Of a stretch of 64,000 nucleotides of DNA, positions 29,054 to 42,257 are shown in pieces (position 1 is the stretch's first letter; every line of letters starts with the position of its first letter). The notes beneath the pieces were generated by a model. It saw nothing but the letters and a program-made list of their open reading frames with translations, did not search any database and had not been told where the DNA came from. The stretch lies in contig OX597815.1 of the NCBI GenBank assembly GCA_951406725.2, forward strand, positions 130,820,001 through 130,884,000. Reading direction: 5' to 3'. The stretch comes from Octopus vulgaris (Eukaryota). The translations under genes and the position numbers were made by a program.

Positions 29054-29989
29054 GTATGTGATAATTGATTTGGTATCATAGATGTTTTTTTAAACTGATG
29101 AATAATTTGAGATATGGTTTAATGAAATGATAACTATATTGTAGTGATTAGATTTAATTTGATTAATCTCTTGGCTGGTTAGATGGCTGGCTGGTAAGAA
29201 TATGAGACAGAAAAGAAAACTAATGAGATAGTAAAAAAGAAAATAGTGGGGTAAAAAGAAAACAAATGCACTTTGAAGATGAAATCTAAACATAGATATA
29301 TTGAGTTTAGATACAGAAAAAAAAAATGAAATAATAATAGCCAGTTAGAAGTATAGCAGGATATGTTTTGTGGCTAAGTGACTTGATCATCTCAACTGTT
29401 CATCTTAGGTCATTAATTCTGTGTAAGAAAATATTTCTAGTCTTGTTTTAAAATACTTTCAAGGTTATAATGACCCAAAAGAAATATGTATGGGTCCACC
29501 AATGAATAATCCTGTCGATCTATTGGAACCTTACACAGCATTAGCCTAATCAAAACTTTGAATTTTCTCTCATTTACATTGTATTATGTTCACTTGTTTT
29601 TGACTTACATTCATTTATCCATGCTAGTATGGATTGGATGAAAACTTGTTGAAGCTGCATTTTATGGTTGGATACCCTTCCTGTCTACTGTCCTTATCTG
29701 TTTTACTAGTAAAGGATTTATAATTCCAATTGTTTTCAAACCATACAGAGTTACAAGGCATATTGTTCACTGGAATACAAAAATGACATCCCTTTGTTGC
29801 GCAGATGGTGTCATGGGAAGGAATGGAATGCCAGCTACTCACACCCATCCTTGTATAATGTGGAACAGCCATGTTATTTTCTCTATAGCAAACACTTGGG
29901 CTTGTCTTTCTAACATACTTCAGCCCCTAAACCATATCAAATCTGATATTGAAGCTCAGCCCTTTATACACTCATATGTATGTGTGTGT

Positions 29990-30059
<70 letters not shown>

Positions 30060-30197
30060 AAATAAGTTCAAAAAGAACAATTCATAATTTTTGAAGGATC
30101 CATACATATTCAATTTTGTATTAAATTCAATTTTGATTTTAACATATTTTCTCCATTTTTATATTTGTTTATGGTATCTTTATACTTATAACGAATT

Positions 30198-32497
30198 AGC
30201 CCCCCGCCCATCAGGTATCATGAAGACAGGGAAAGCCCCCCCAGCCCATCAAGAATCAATGAAGACAGGGAAAGCCCCTGGTCCATCAGGAATCATGAAG
30301 ACAGGGAAAGCCCCCAGCCCATCAGGAATCATTGCAGAGATGCTCAAAATATCTGGCAGTGTTGGCTATAGCCTAGTCACTTGTATAGTTAACCAGGTGA
30401 TACATGAAGGAGTCATACCCAATGACTGGTGTAGCAGCACCATAGTCAACTAATATAAAGGTAAAGGTAACGCTTTAGATACAAATAATTACAGAAGTAT
30501 CAAGTTATTGGATCAGGTAATGAAGGTCATGGAGAGGGTCATAGCCCAACTGATTAGGGAGAGAGTCTGTTTAGATGAGATGCAGTTTAGGCTCATGCCT
30601 GGGAAAAGCACCACTGATGCTATATTTCTAGTAAGACAGCTGCAGGAGAAATACCTAGCCAAAGATAAACATCTGTACCTGGCTTTCGTTGACATGGAGA
30701 AAGCCTTTGACAGGGTCCCCCAATCTCTTATCTGGTGGTCAATGAGGAAACTAGGGATAGTTTCCTCATTGAATGGTTAGTGAGAGCTGTGCAAGCCATG
30801 TACAAGAATGCTGTCAGTAAGGTGAGGGTTGGCAACTAGTACAGTGAAGAATTCTGGGTAGGAGATAGGGGTTCACCAAGGTTCAGTCCTCAGCCCTCTC
30901 CTATTTATCATAGTCCTCCAGGCAATAACAGAGGAATTCAAAACAGGATGCCCCTGGGAGCTCCTCTTTGCTGACGACCTTGCTCTAATTACTGAGTCAC
31001 TATCAGAATTAGAAGAGATGTTTCAGGTGTGGCAGCAAGGATTAGAATTGAGGGGCCTTAGAGTCAACCTAGCTAAAACCAAAGTCCTAATAAGTAGGAA
31101 GGCAGGCAAACCACAAATCCTTTCAGGTAGATGGCCCTGCTCGATCTGTAGAAAAGGCGAAGGTAGAAACTCTATAAGATGTATACAGTGTAAGCTATGG
31201 ACACATAAGAGGTGCAGCAATATCAAAGGAAGACTAACTGGGAAAATAGTTTTTGTATGTGGCAGATGCTCAGGAGCAATAAACACTGAAAATGTGCACA
31301 GAATAACTTCTGCCATATTCCAGGGAGAAAAACTAGAAGTAGTTGATAGCTTCTGTTACCTAGGTGACCAAGTCAGTAGCAGAGGAGGATGCACTGAAAG
31401 TGTAGCTGCTAGAATAAGAATAGCCTGGGCAAAGTTCAGAGATGTCTTACCTCTGCTGGTGACAAAGGGCCTCTCACTTATAGTAAAAAGTAGACTGTAT
31501 GATGCATGTGTACAAACAGCCATGCTACATGGCAGTGAAACATGGGCCGTGTCTGCTGAGGACATGCATAAGCTCGCAAGGAATGAAGCCAGTATGCTTC
31601 ACTGGATGTGTAATGTCAGTGTGCATACTCGACAGAGTGTAAGCGCCTTGAGAGAAAAATTGAACGTAAGAAGCATCAGTGTGCAAGAGAGACGACTGCG
31701 CTAGTATGATCATGTGGCGAGAATGGATGAGGATAGCTATGTGAAAAAGTGCCACACCCTAGTGGTTGAGGGAACATGTGGAAGAAGTAGACCCAGGAAG
31801 ATCTGGGATGAGGTGGTGAAGCACGATCGTCGAACATTAGGCCTCACTGAGGCAATGACTAGTGACCGAGACCTTTGGAAATATGCTGTGCTTGAGAAGG
31901 CCCAGTAAGCCAAGTGAGACCATAACCTCGTGGCCTATGCCAGGGTTGTAACCAGCCCACTTATCATACCTTTCCTTCATTGGACACTAAACTCTGCTTG
32001 TGAAGACCTGTTGAGGCAAGTGAAATTGAAATCGAAATCAAATTCGCTGACTGGCATCCATACTAGTGGAGCGCTACGAGCACCATCCAAGCGTGATTGT
32101 TGCCAGAGCAGCTAACTGGCTTGTGTGCCGGTGGCAAGTAAAAAGCACCATTCGAATGTGATCATTACCAGCATCGCCTTACTGGTACTTGTGCTGGTGG
32201 CACATGGAAAAACATTCGAGTGTGGTCGTTGGCAGTACCGCTGGACTGGCTCCTGTGCAGGTGGAACGTAAAGAAACACCATTTGAGCGTGGTCGTTGCC
32301 AGTATCGCCAGACTGGCCCTCGTGCTGATGGCACATAAAAGCACCCACTACACTCTCAGAGTGGTTGGCATTAGGAAGGTCATCCAGCTGTAGAAACTGT
32401 ACCAGATCAGAATGCAGCCATCTGGTTCACCAGTCCTCAGTCAAATCGTCCAACCCATGCCAGGATGGAAAGCGGACATTAAACGATGATGATGATG
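30198..32497 (+). mobile_element. RTE-clade LINE, 5'-truncated, frameshifted
   Basis: RT motifs KAPSPSGI, LAFVDMEKAFDRVP, VHQGSVLSP, LLFADDL; PHD-like CSIC..CIQC..HKRC..CGRC; FCYLGD; LHGSETW; 3' UTR with about four 66-bp units and a (GAT)n tail. Confidence 0.95.
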
Positions 32498-32785
32498 TTG
32501 ATATATTTATATTTATATATATATATATAGTTGAAATTTACAGATGATGAAGGGTTGAAGTGTGGCAGAGAGACAGAGAGGCAGAAACAGGTGTCTTGCT
32601 ATAAAGGAGATACATGGTTTCCCAGTGAGAGAGAGGGAAGAGAAAGAGAGTGAGAGGAAGAGAGAGAGAGGAGAGAGAGAGAGGTACAAGAAAGAGGACA
32701 GAAACAGGCATGATGATGTAAAGGAGATACTAGGTTACCCAGCCAGAGGAAAGAGCAAGGGAAAGAGAGAGAGAGGGAGTGAAAG

Positions 32786-32824
<39 letters not shown>

Positions 32825-33219
32825 GTGGGAAATAGCAAAAATGCAAGAGAGAACAAGAGAGAATGGTAGTGAAGTGCTAGGGTACACTCACAAGTAACAA
32901 GGATCAGTGCATAGATGTGATTGTAGAGTAAGGAAAAAGAGAGGTACAAAGGTCACAATATATGCGGTCAGGTATTGCCAAGAATGTGCATGTAGGGAGT
33001 GGTGATTGCAGTGACTGGTGAAAATCTGGGTGTAAAGATGGGGTGAGGGAATGCAGCAATACAGTGAGCAGGGGAGGGGAATATGAAACAGTGATAGTGT
33101 ATGAAGAGAAAATGTGAGGAAGAGAAAGATGCAGTTTAGAAGAAGAGATGTAGTTTGGTTTCTTGGGATAGGATGTGTGAAAAGTTTATTGTTACATGTA
33201 GGTGGGACACAATGCTTCT

Positions 33220-34010
33220 AGCACTGTTTCACTGACATGGGTGGGTCTTCTCTAGAACCTCATATCACCAAACATCTTTGTCAATTGTCATTCCCTCAAT
33301 GTGCCCTAACATCCTGAGATCGGCCCTCACCACTTAATTCCATGTCTTCTTGGGTTTTCCTCTTCCACAGGTACCATCCACTTTCTGTGAGAGGCACTTC
33401 TATAAACTGCTGTCTTTACTCATACGCATCACATGTCCAAACCATCACATTCTCCTCTCCTGCATGTTGCATCTAATTCCTCGTATGCCTAACTTTTCTC
33501 TCAACACAATTGTGCTTTGTTGGTCATGCACTCTGATGTTGCACATCCAAAAGAGAATACTACCTTCATTCCTCTCCAGCCTACACATGTCCTTTGCATT
33601 CAAAGCCCATGTCTCTCTACTATGGAGTATATCCATTCATACACAAGCATCATACATTCTACCTTTCACTCTGAGAGAGAGTCCTTTTGTTGCCACCGGT
33701 GGTAGTAGCTCTCTGATCTTCTTCCATCCTGTTCTTATTCTATAAACAATACTTTCAGAGCATCTGCCACCATTACTAATTTGGTCGCCTAAGTAGCAGA
33801 AACTATCTACTACCTCAAGAGAGCCTCCTGGGTATCTAAGAGAGTCTAAGTTCCTCATGCTCTTGGTACTTGCCATTCCTGCGCATCTGCCGCACATGAA
33901 AGTTACCTTATCTGTTAACCTACCTGCGATTCTACTGCATCTCTTGTGCATCCATAGCTTACACTGGGTGCAGCAAATGGAATTACTTCCCATTCTTTTC
34001 CTACATGTTA
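33220..34010 (-). mobile_element. Older RTE LINE fragment (related subfamily)
   Basis: ORFs 33637-33993 and 33445-33636 are homologous to 31018-31704 (CTQCKLWMHKRC, FCYLGD, KGRMYDACV). Confidence 0.9.
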
Positions 34011-35236
34011 GTAGTGCTCCGAAGATTCAAACTTAGATTCCGATGTCTTTACAGGGATCAATTCCATAGGGTAAAGAAAGGTTTATGAGAGGGATCAAGT
34101 TGAGTTGCTATAGAAGCAAATATGCAGATAACAAATTAGATACATCAGATATATTAAATATATTAGATACATATATATATATGTGTACATGCAAAATGAG
34201 AGAAAACAAAAGGTGGAAACTTCCAGATGATGAATTTTTATGTATAATCATCATCCTCATTGTTGTTTAATGTCTGCTTTCCATGCTGGCATGGGTTGGA
34301 CTGTTTGACTGAGGACTGGCAAGCTGGGAGACTGCACGAGGCTCCAATCTGATTTGGCATGGCTTCTACAGCTGGATGCATTTCATAATGCCAACTACTC
34401 TGAGAGTGTAGTGGGTGCTTTTTACATGCCACCAGCATGGGACCCTGTCAAGCAGCACTGGCATTGACCACGCTTGAATGGTGGTTTTTATATGCCACTG
34501 ACATGGTTGCCAGTCAAGCAGAACTGGCATTGGTCATGCTCGAATGGTGTCACGCTCTAAATATATAAATATTTAAATTAATAGGTCCAACTTACACAGA
34601 GCACAAATGACAGAGAAAAGGGGTGGAAGAAAGGTGTTATAAGTCTAACAGCTGTTTCTGGAAGTTTGGCTATCCATAATAATGTTGGTAGATTTAGTTC
34701 ATCATAATATGTGACCATATGGATGCAAATAACATAGGATAAGATGAACATCCATCAGCAGGGTAGAGAAATTCTGGCATTTTATCTAATTTATAAGAAT
34801 CAATTTGATAAAACTGTTTTTGTTACATTATTCTGTTACACAAACAGAAAAATTGTTTCTTTCTATGCATAACACACACTCATACTCATGCACATACACG
34901 TGTGCACATGCATGTGCACACATGCATATATATGCACACACACTAACACACACACAGATGCACACCACATACACACAAACATACACGTGAACCCACACAT
35001 GCACACACACTAATATGCGCACACAAACACACATGCACACACACACAAACACACACAAACATGCACACAGACACATAAACACCACACACACACACATACG
35101 AACATACATAGACACATACGAACACACACACACCACACACACAAACACACACGAGTTTGATTGCATGCACATACATACAAACCAGACATTCAAATCTATC
35201 CAAACTTTATTGCATTCTAATGTCTATTCTTTGTAG

Positions 35237-35375
35237 TTATCATAGTTCCAATACCAGTGTTAGATTTAGCAAGTTCATTTGCACTGGAAAATAACTACAC
35301 ACCAGTGAAGCATACCAATTGTAGATTTTGGAAACATGTTGCTCTAATGAAATCCAAATCACTGGCAAATCAGAG
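35237..35375 (+). CDS. Probable second coding exon of the DUF4647-like gene
   Basis: TCTATTCTTTGTAG acceptor and GAG|GTAAGC donor. The only open frame is the one compatible with the upstream phase-1 intron: (I)IIVPIPVLDLASSFALENNYTPVKHTNCRFWKHVALMKSKSLANQ. Confidence 0.55.
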
Positions 35376-35459
35376 GTAAGCAAAATACTTTCCTTTTTAT
35401 CTTTCAAATTATTCTATTAAAGTAGAGAGATTTTCATTTTGGTTGTAACATTAGATTTA

Positions 35460-36150
35460 ACATCTTCTGCTGAGGATAGCATCGACAAAGATTCCTTGAA
35501 GGTGAGCAGATGTGGTTTTCCCTTGTTGGATGCAACCTTCCACAGCTTTTCTCTTTGACAGAATTGCAGTTCAAGGTCTTTGAAAGATCAAAACAGGGCA
35601 CCTAGCGTCCAGATTATTGCCAGGCACTGAAAGCCAGTTTTACAGTGTGGTTGGTGGGACATCAGTGCTGGCCATTTAAGGAAAACTATTGGTGGGGAAG
35701 AGTGATGGTGTTCTGATGAAAATGTGAGCATCAAAGCGACTGACTTGCTGGTTCTGTTCCAGTAGACTTTTGGTCAGAGGATTATGGATATTTTTCAGAA
35801 ATCTTTAGCCTGATAGTGATGCCAAAATGCATTACTAGTTCCAGATAAACTCAAGAAGAAAAGAAGTGCCATCGACAGGGCAAGTAGAGTGATGAAGCCA
35901 TTTGCATGTATGCATTCAGTGTCTGAATATCACAGGCAGGTGGCTATGGTAAAAGAGGATGAATGGTGAACAAGACTGAAAGGATTAAAGACAGATTTTT
36001 CTTTTCTGTCAAGTCCTCATCAACATTTTCAAGTTGCACTTGGAAGGGAAGTTGTAAGGGGAGAAGAAGGTGGTCTCTGCCAGTATATTTGTTAAAAGTA
36101 TGACAGTAATGAACACGGCATAAGTGAATGGATCCATTTTTCGCATGCAC
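35460..36150 (-). mobile_element. Highly decayed LINE RT fragment (RTE-like)
   Basis: Minus-strand pieces FDLSKTLN and KLWKVASNKGKP resemble the FVDLxKAFD..LW.VL..G.P RT block; many stops. Confidence 0.35.
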
Positions 36151-36632
36151 CTGTAGTGTTACCAGCTTACATCATCCTTCTGTGCTACTAGCCATCATGC
36201 CCATCCTTCTGCTCACTCTTTATTGACAGCCATTGTTGTTGTTGTTGTTGTTGTCGTCGTCGCCGTCGTTGTCGTCGTCATCGCCGTCGTTGTCGTCGTC
36301 ATCGCCGTCGTTGTCGTCGTTGTTGTCGTCATCGTTGCTGCTGCTGTTCTCCTCCTCCTCCTCCTCCTTCTTCTTCTTCTTCTTCTTCTTCTTCTGCTCA
36401 TTATTGTTATTATTATTAAAGCAGTAAGCTGGTAGAATTGTAAGCACACCAGGCAAAAAGCTTACTGACATTTTGTTTGTCTTTATGTTCTGAGTTCAAA
36501 TTTAACTAATGTCAACTTTGCCCTTCATCCTTTTGGGGGTCAATAAAATAAGTACCAGTTGAGTACTGGGGTTGATGTAATTGACTGGTCCCCTCCCCAC
36601 AAATTTCAGACCTTGTGCCTGTAGTAGAAATA

Positions 36633-36685
<53 letters not shown>

Positions 36686-37634
36686 AGTGGCAAGCTGGCA
36701 GAACAGCTAACTTGCTGGACAAATTGCTTAGTGGCATTTCGTTTGTCTTTAATGCACAAATTTTTATGTTGCTTCCTTTTAGCGTCAATAATACAAGTAC
36801 CAGCTGAGTACTGGGGTTGATATATTAGACTATCCCCCTGCAACCAAATTTCTTGCCTTGTCCCTATAACAGAAAAAATTATTATTATCAGCTGAACCAT
36901 TGTGAAGGTCATCCCAAGCAGTGCCTATTTGTCTGGTTGCCTTAGTGAAAGAAGTTGTGTGGTGCACTGGGCCTCACAGAGACAAAGTGGCTGAGATTCT
37001 TTGGCATTATGTCATGCTTGAGAAGAATTTGCATCAAGCCAAGCAAAATCACAGTCATGGTAGATACTGGTGTCTCACAAATTGACACCCATACCAGTTG
37101 TGTGCAAAAGCACCCTGGTGCCACACAAATGGCACCTGTGCCGGTGACATATAAAAGTACCCATTACACTCTCAGAGTGGTTGATGTTAGGAAGGGCATC
37201 ATGCTGTAGAACACCATGCCAAATCAAACTGGAGTCTGGTGCAGCCTTCCAGTGTGCCAGCCCAGTCAAACTATCCAACCCATGCCAGCATGGACAATGG
37301 ACGTTAAATGATGATGATGATGATAATGTGGATGAATGTGACAAGAACGATCCATTTATAACTATCTCATGAGGTCAAAGCAAGGAGACACTAAACCACA
37401 CACACACATGACAGGCTGTTTTTAGTCACTTCCACCAAATCCACTCACAAGATTTTGATCAGCTCAGGGCTAGAGTAGAAGATATTTGCCCAAAGATCCA
37501 CACAGTGGAAATGAATATGAGACAATGTTTGTGAAGAAAACCTCTTGCCATACAGTCATGCCTGTACTGATACATACATGTGTGTGTGTGTGTGTGAGGG
37601 TGCTAGTTTGAGTGTGTTCCTGTTTTGACATCAA

Positions 37635-37859
37635 CCCATTAAATCCCAGAATACTTAAATTTCTGAATATTACTTTTAAATTTTTACAGATGATTGAAAA
37701 TAGATTAAAATGAAAAAAAATTAATTATTAAAACTCCTTTGCTTTAAGTAGAAATGGAAATACTCGGTGTCCTATAAATAGGACACTGTGACAATGTGAT
37801 ATAGCTTATTTAATGTTTTCATTTAGTGTCCTATTTATAGGACAGTGGGACTTAAAAGG
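37635..37859 (-). mobile_element. piggyBac-type MITE, second copy of 22206-22429 in reverse orientation
   Basis: TCAA/TTAA flanks, same TIRs and two GTCCTATAAATAGGAC-type palindromes. Confidence 0.85.
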
Positions 37860-39061
37860 TTAAGGTGATGGATGTAAATGAGCACCACCATCATACAAAT
37901 GATGTTGTTTATCTCCTGTCTTCGATGTCTGGTCCCGGGGGGAAAAGGTGGTGGTTGGTGACAGAAGGGCATCGAGCTGTAGAAAATCTGACTCAATAAA
38001 TTCCATCTGATTCATGCAAGTATGGAAAAGCAGACATTCAATGCAGAGGATGAATAATTACATTTGATAAACCAGAAATATTTCTGTTGGTGTGAAACGA
38101 CATCCCTAACACATCCTGAAAACATATTACGCATCTTTGACTTTCCTGATTTTTAGCTTTGTTAGTACGTGTGCTGCAATTTCAATTGTTTCCTTTTAAT
38201 TCAATATGTTCCTCTTCAGAAAGAATACATTTACATTGGAATCTCATTCAGCTAAATTGTCTGTCAGTCTCATTCTTATTGAAGAGTACTTCCTCTGGCT
38301 GGCATTAGTGCTTTTGTAGTTTTTTATATTATTTTATTTTATTCTATTTATTTATTTTTTCATTTGACTTCTTGCACTTATATGTCAGGAAATCTTTAGT
38401 GAGACCATTGACTCACTATTACTAATCTATATTGTTTGTATTGCTTATTTAAGCATTATCTGCAATTCTACCAAAACTGTTTTATTGATTGTTGTTGAGT
38501 ATATGTACAACAGACACACACACACACATGCATGCATGCACTTACACACATGGATACACTTACACACACACACACATACACTTACACATACACACACATA
38601 CAGATGCACTCACACACATGGATACACTTACACACACACACACACACAGATACACTCTCACACACAGATACACTCACACACATAGATACACTTACACCAC
38701 ACACACACAGATACACTTACACATACATACACACACACACTCTGTATATACAAGTAAGTGTTTGTACATATGTGTCTACATATGTACATGTACACTGCTA
38801 TTATATATTTTTATTACCTGGTGTTGCTCTTTCTGTATTATAGAAATGTAATTTCTTTCTGAGATTATTCATGCTTTAAGCTAATAACTTTCAGTGAAAC
38901 AGATGGATATGTCATGTACAAGTATGTGAGCAAAGTGAGGATTGGGAGATGGAGAAAAATAAAGAGAGAGAGTGAGGGAGAGAAATAGAGAAAGTGAGAG
39001 AGAGAAAGGAAGAGAACACAACAAAGCATTTCAATGTTGGTGAAAATACAGATAGATAGAT

Positions 39062-39100
<39 letters not shown>

Positions 39101-39297
39101 ACGATAAAAATGAAAAGAAAGCATTAAAAGAGTCTCTCTCTTCTGCTGATTTAAAATACTCAAGTGTCTGTACAAGAAAATATTGAGTAATTCAGCTGAA
39201 ATATTAAAGTGTGTGGTTCTAATGATTGCTTTGACACAGTTAAGTCATGAAGTGTCTCTGTTGTTACATCTTGTCTCCACTGCTTTCTTCCACATAG

Positions 39298-39350
39298 CAT
39301 GATTTATGACATGGGAATTGTGCTTTTCATACCTTTCCCAAAGGTGTTAG
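39298..39350 (+). CDS. Possible third coding exon
   Basis: CTTTCTTCCACATAG acceptor and TAG|GTATAT donor; phase-2 entry gives (S)MIYDMGIVLFIPFPKVL. Weak support. Confidence 0.3.
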
Positions 39351-40110
39351 GTATATAACAGAATTAAATTTATTTTGTTGAGAAATGAAATTATGCCACA
39401 AAATTCAGGATGCTGAGAACTTTCTTTGGTAGCATAATCCTATTTGTTTTACATTCATGGTTATTAATTGAAAGCTTAATTTTATTTTTGTTTTCACAAA
39501 AGCTGTTGTTTTTAAAAGCAAATATATAGCAAACCACTTTAAAAGTGAATTATCAATATTTCTAGAGAGTTTATCAGCTCTGTGTGATACCAATCACATC
39601 ATGACAAGATAGTATTCAAGAACATGGGGCCTTTTAGTGAACCATCTATTTGTGGCCATTTTCATTTCTATTTCAAAGCAGACTGTTTCTAAAATTTGGG
39701 ACTTTAAAAAAATTGTCTACTTTTAGAAAAGTTAAGTGATTGCATAAAAGGTCAATGCACGAAGGCACTCCTTGGAACCACTTCCCAGTTTATGGAATCC
39801 ACTTACACCACAGATCATCCTTTACTTAGAAATGTAGAGTAAAACACCTCATATTTACTTTAGGAACTTCTTTGCTTACAAGAAGTAATGAATGCTTCTC
39901 ATTATCCTTTCGAATCCTGTTTGATTCTAACCTGCCTGAGACAGCTGCTGGTTCTCAGATACAAACATTCTTTTTTAAAGTGGTCCAAATTAAAATCTTC
40001 CAAACACTAGCTTTATAGCAACAAAGTTCTTTTAGTAAATTTTTTGTTCCTAAAATTGAGACAATGGCAGTGTATTTCAACAGAAATACAGTAATAAAAG
40101 AGGTAACATA

Positions 40111-41033
40111 TTGGGTCATCCCATAAATAATGTGGATTTTTCAATTGCATGAACTAAAAGTCGGAGGAGGATGGGATAAACTTACCTGCATCAACTTGCT
40201 ATATAAGCAGGTAGTAATTTTACCTTGTGCTTATTCTTCGTGCAAATTTTGAAGAGTGCAATTCGATTTTAGCAGTTATTTTATCAAAGCTATAATGGAA
40301 GTGACAAAGGAGTATATTCGGCATATTTTGCTTTATGATTTCAATAAAGGCAACAACACAATGGAAAGTGTGAGGAATATTAATGCAGTATATGGGGATT
40401 GAACAATAAGTGTAAGCCAGTGTCAACAGTGGCTCCAGAAATTCCAAGCTGGAAACTACAGCCTAGAAGATGAGTCTTATCCTGGAAGATCTGTAGAGCT
40501 CAATGAGGACATCTTGCAAACCCTGGTGGAACAAAATGCCATTGTAATTGTCGAGGAACTAGCAGAGAAGCTTGGATTTGGTCATTCAACCATTCATCGA
40601 CACTTGCACTAGAAGGAAAAGGACCATCTTTGGTTTGAAGACGAAAGGTGTTCTTCCATCAGGATAACACTTAGCCACATACCACAAGGATGATATTCAA
40701 AAGGCTGGAGCAGTTTGAATGGGAAACGATGCCCCACCTACCATATTTGCTGGACATGGCCTCATCTGATTATAATTTATTCTTCAGTTTTCAAAATCAT
40801 TTGGATGGAAAAAGTATGAATTCTGTAGACGAGGTCAGAACAATACTGGAAAAGTATCTTCATCACGGACAAGTGGATTTTGGAAGAGGGGCCTTGCAAG
40901 TCTACAATATAGATGGAAGAGCATTGTAGAAAATGAAGGAGAGTATATTTTAGATTAAAAAAGAACTTTGTTTATCTTAATTTTGAAAAGTAAAAGAAGT
41001 ATAAAAAATTGCATTATCTATGGACTGACCCAA
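40111..41033 (+). mobile_element. mariner transposon, internally deleted, pseudogenised
   Basis: TA flanks; TIR TTGGGTCATCCCATAAATAATG / CATTATCTATGGACTGACCCAA; ATG 40295 MEVTKEYIRHILLYDFNKG... (HTH region) joined to FHQDN...HLPYLLDMASSDYNLF (decayed YSPDLAPSDY). Confidence 0.92.
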
Positions 41034-42003
41034 TATTTCCATTTTGTCAACCCTATTATACTTTCTTCATGTTTTTTTTAACCTAACACTTTTGCTTGAT
41101 TTTCAAAATTTACCCTGTTTCCTTCTACATTTTTCAAGTATGCCAGCCACCATTTTTTTACTTCTTAAATTTTCCAAGATTCTTGTTGATTATATTTCCA
41201 TTTTTCGTGCTATTACTGGACTGATTTGTGATCCACTTCCTTTCCTCTTCTTCATTATTTTCTTTACTTCACTTTTCTTATTCTTCCTTATTTAATCTAC
41301 TTCCTTCTTTCTCAATTACCCCAGCCAGTCTATTTATATCATGCCTCATGAAAACATTTTATATCTTTCCCTGGTCCTGTTCTGCTTGAAAGGTTTTTCT
41401 CTTCCTCATTATAAATCAATTTATACAACTAACAATTCACATTCTTTGTGTATTGGCTTGTTATATATACAGCAGGAGTGAAGAACTCTTTTCTCATGGG
41501 ACACATTCATTCCACAATCAAATTTGAAACAACTCTCCAATAAACCTCTAAAAATTCATGGAAAAAAAAACTGAAAATGTTAAACTCTTTTGTAGGCAGA
41601 TAACTTTTCAAGTCCTTGTGATACAGATGAATAATTTTCAGAGAATTTGTATCCTGGGTATTTTATATATTTACTTATGAATCCTATTTTCAAAAGCTCA
41701 TTGTATATCAAGCACATGGTTGCTACAAATGTATTTTGGAATGTTTTTGAAGTGATCCCATTATTTCCTGCATGGGTAATGTGGGATTTACTGTATAGTT
41801 AAGTAGGACCTACTAAATAACGGGCAAAATATTTATTGGTGTCTGTCAAGATAATCCTTATGTGAAAGCCCAGCACTAATCAATTGGCCTAGGTTTAGTT
41901 GGTGTTCATAGAGGTTCATCTTGACCAACAAATTCATTTATAACTAGGAGTTTGAAGTCTCTTACATGTCTCCAGTTATTTGCAGAGACTTCATCTGCAT
42001 TGT

Positions 42004-42093
42004 CACTACACCATATGCTCATGGGTATACGGCATAGTGGTTAAGAGCGTGGGCTACTAACCCCAAGATTCTGAGTTTCATTCCAGGCAGTGA

Positions 42094-42174
<81 letters not shown>

Positions 42175-42199
42175 TGATGATGACGATGACAACGATGAC

Positions 42200-42257
<58 letters not shown>

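Noticed and set aside
36213-36471. Poly-R/T/K/E/D/V ORFs
   Set aside because: A compound trinucleotide microsatellite abutting a SINE.
42023-42095. Functional tRNA gene
   Set aside because: A SINE head with a decayed B box and no complete acceptor stem, continuous with repeat body; same for other A/B-box hits.
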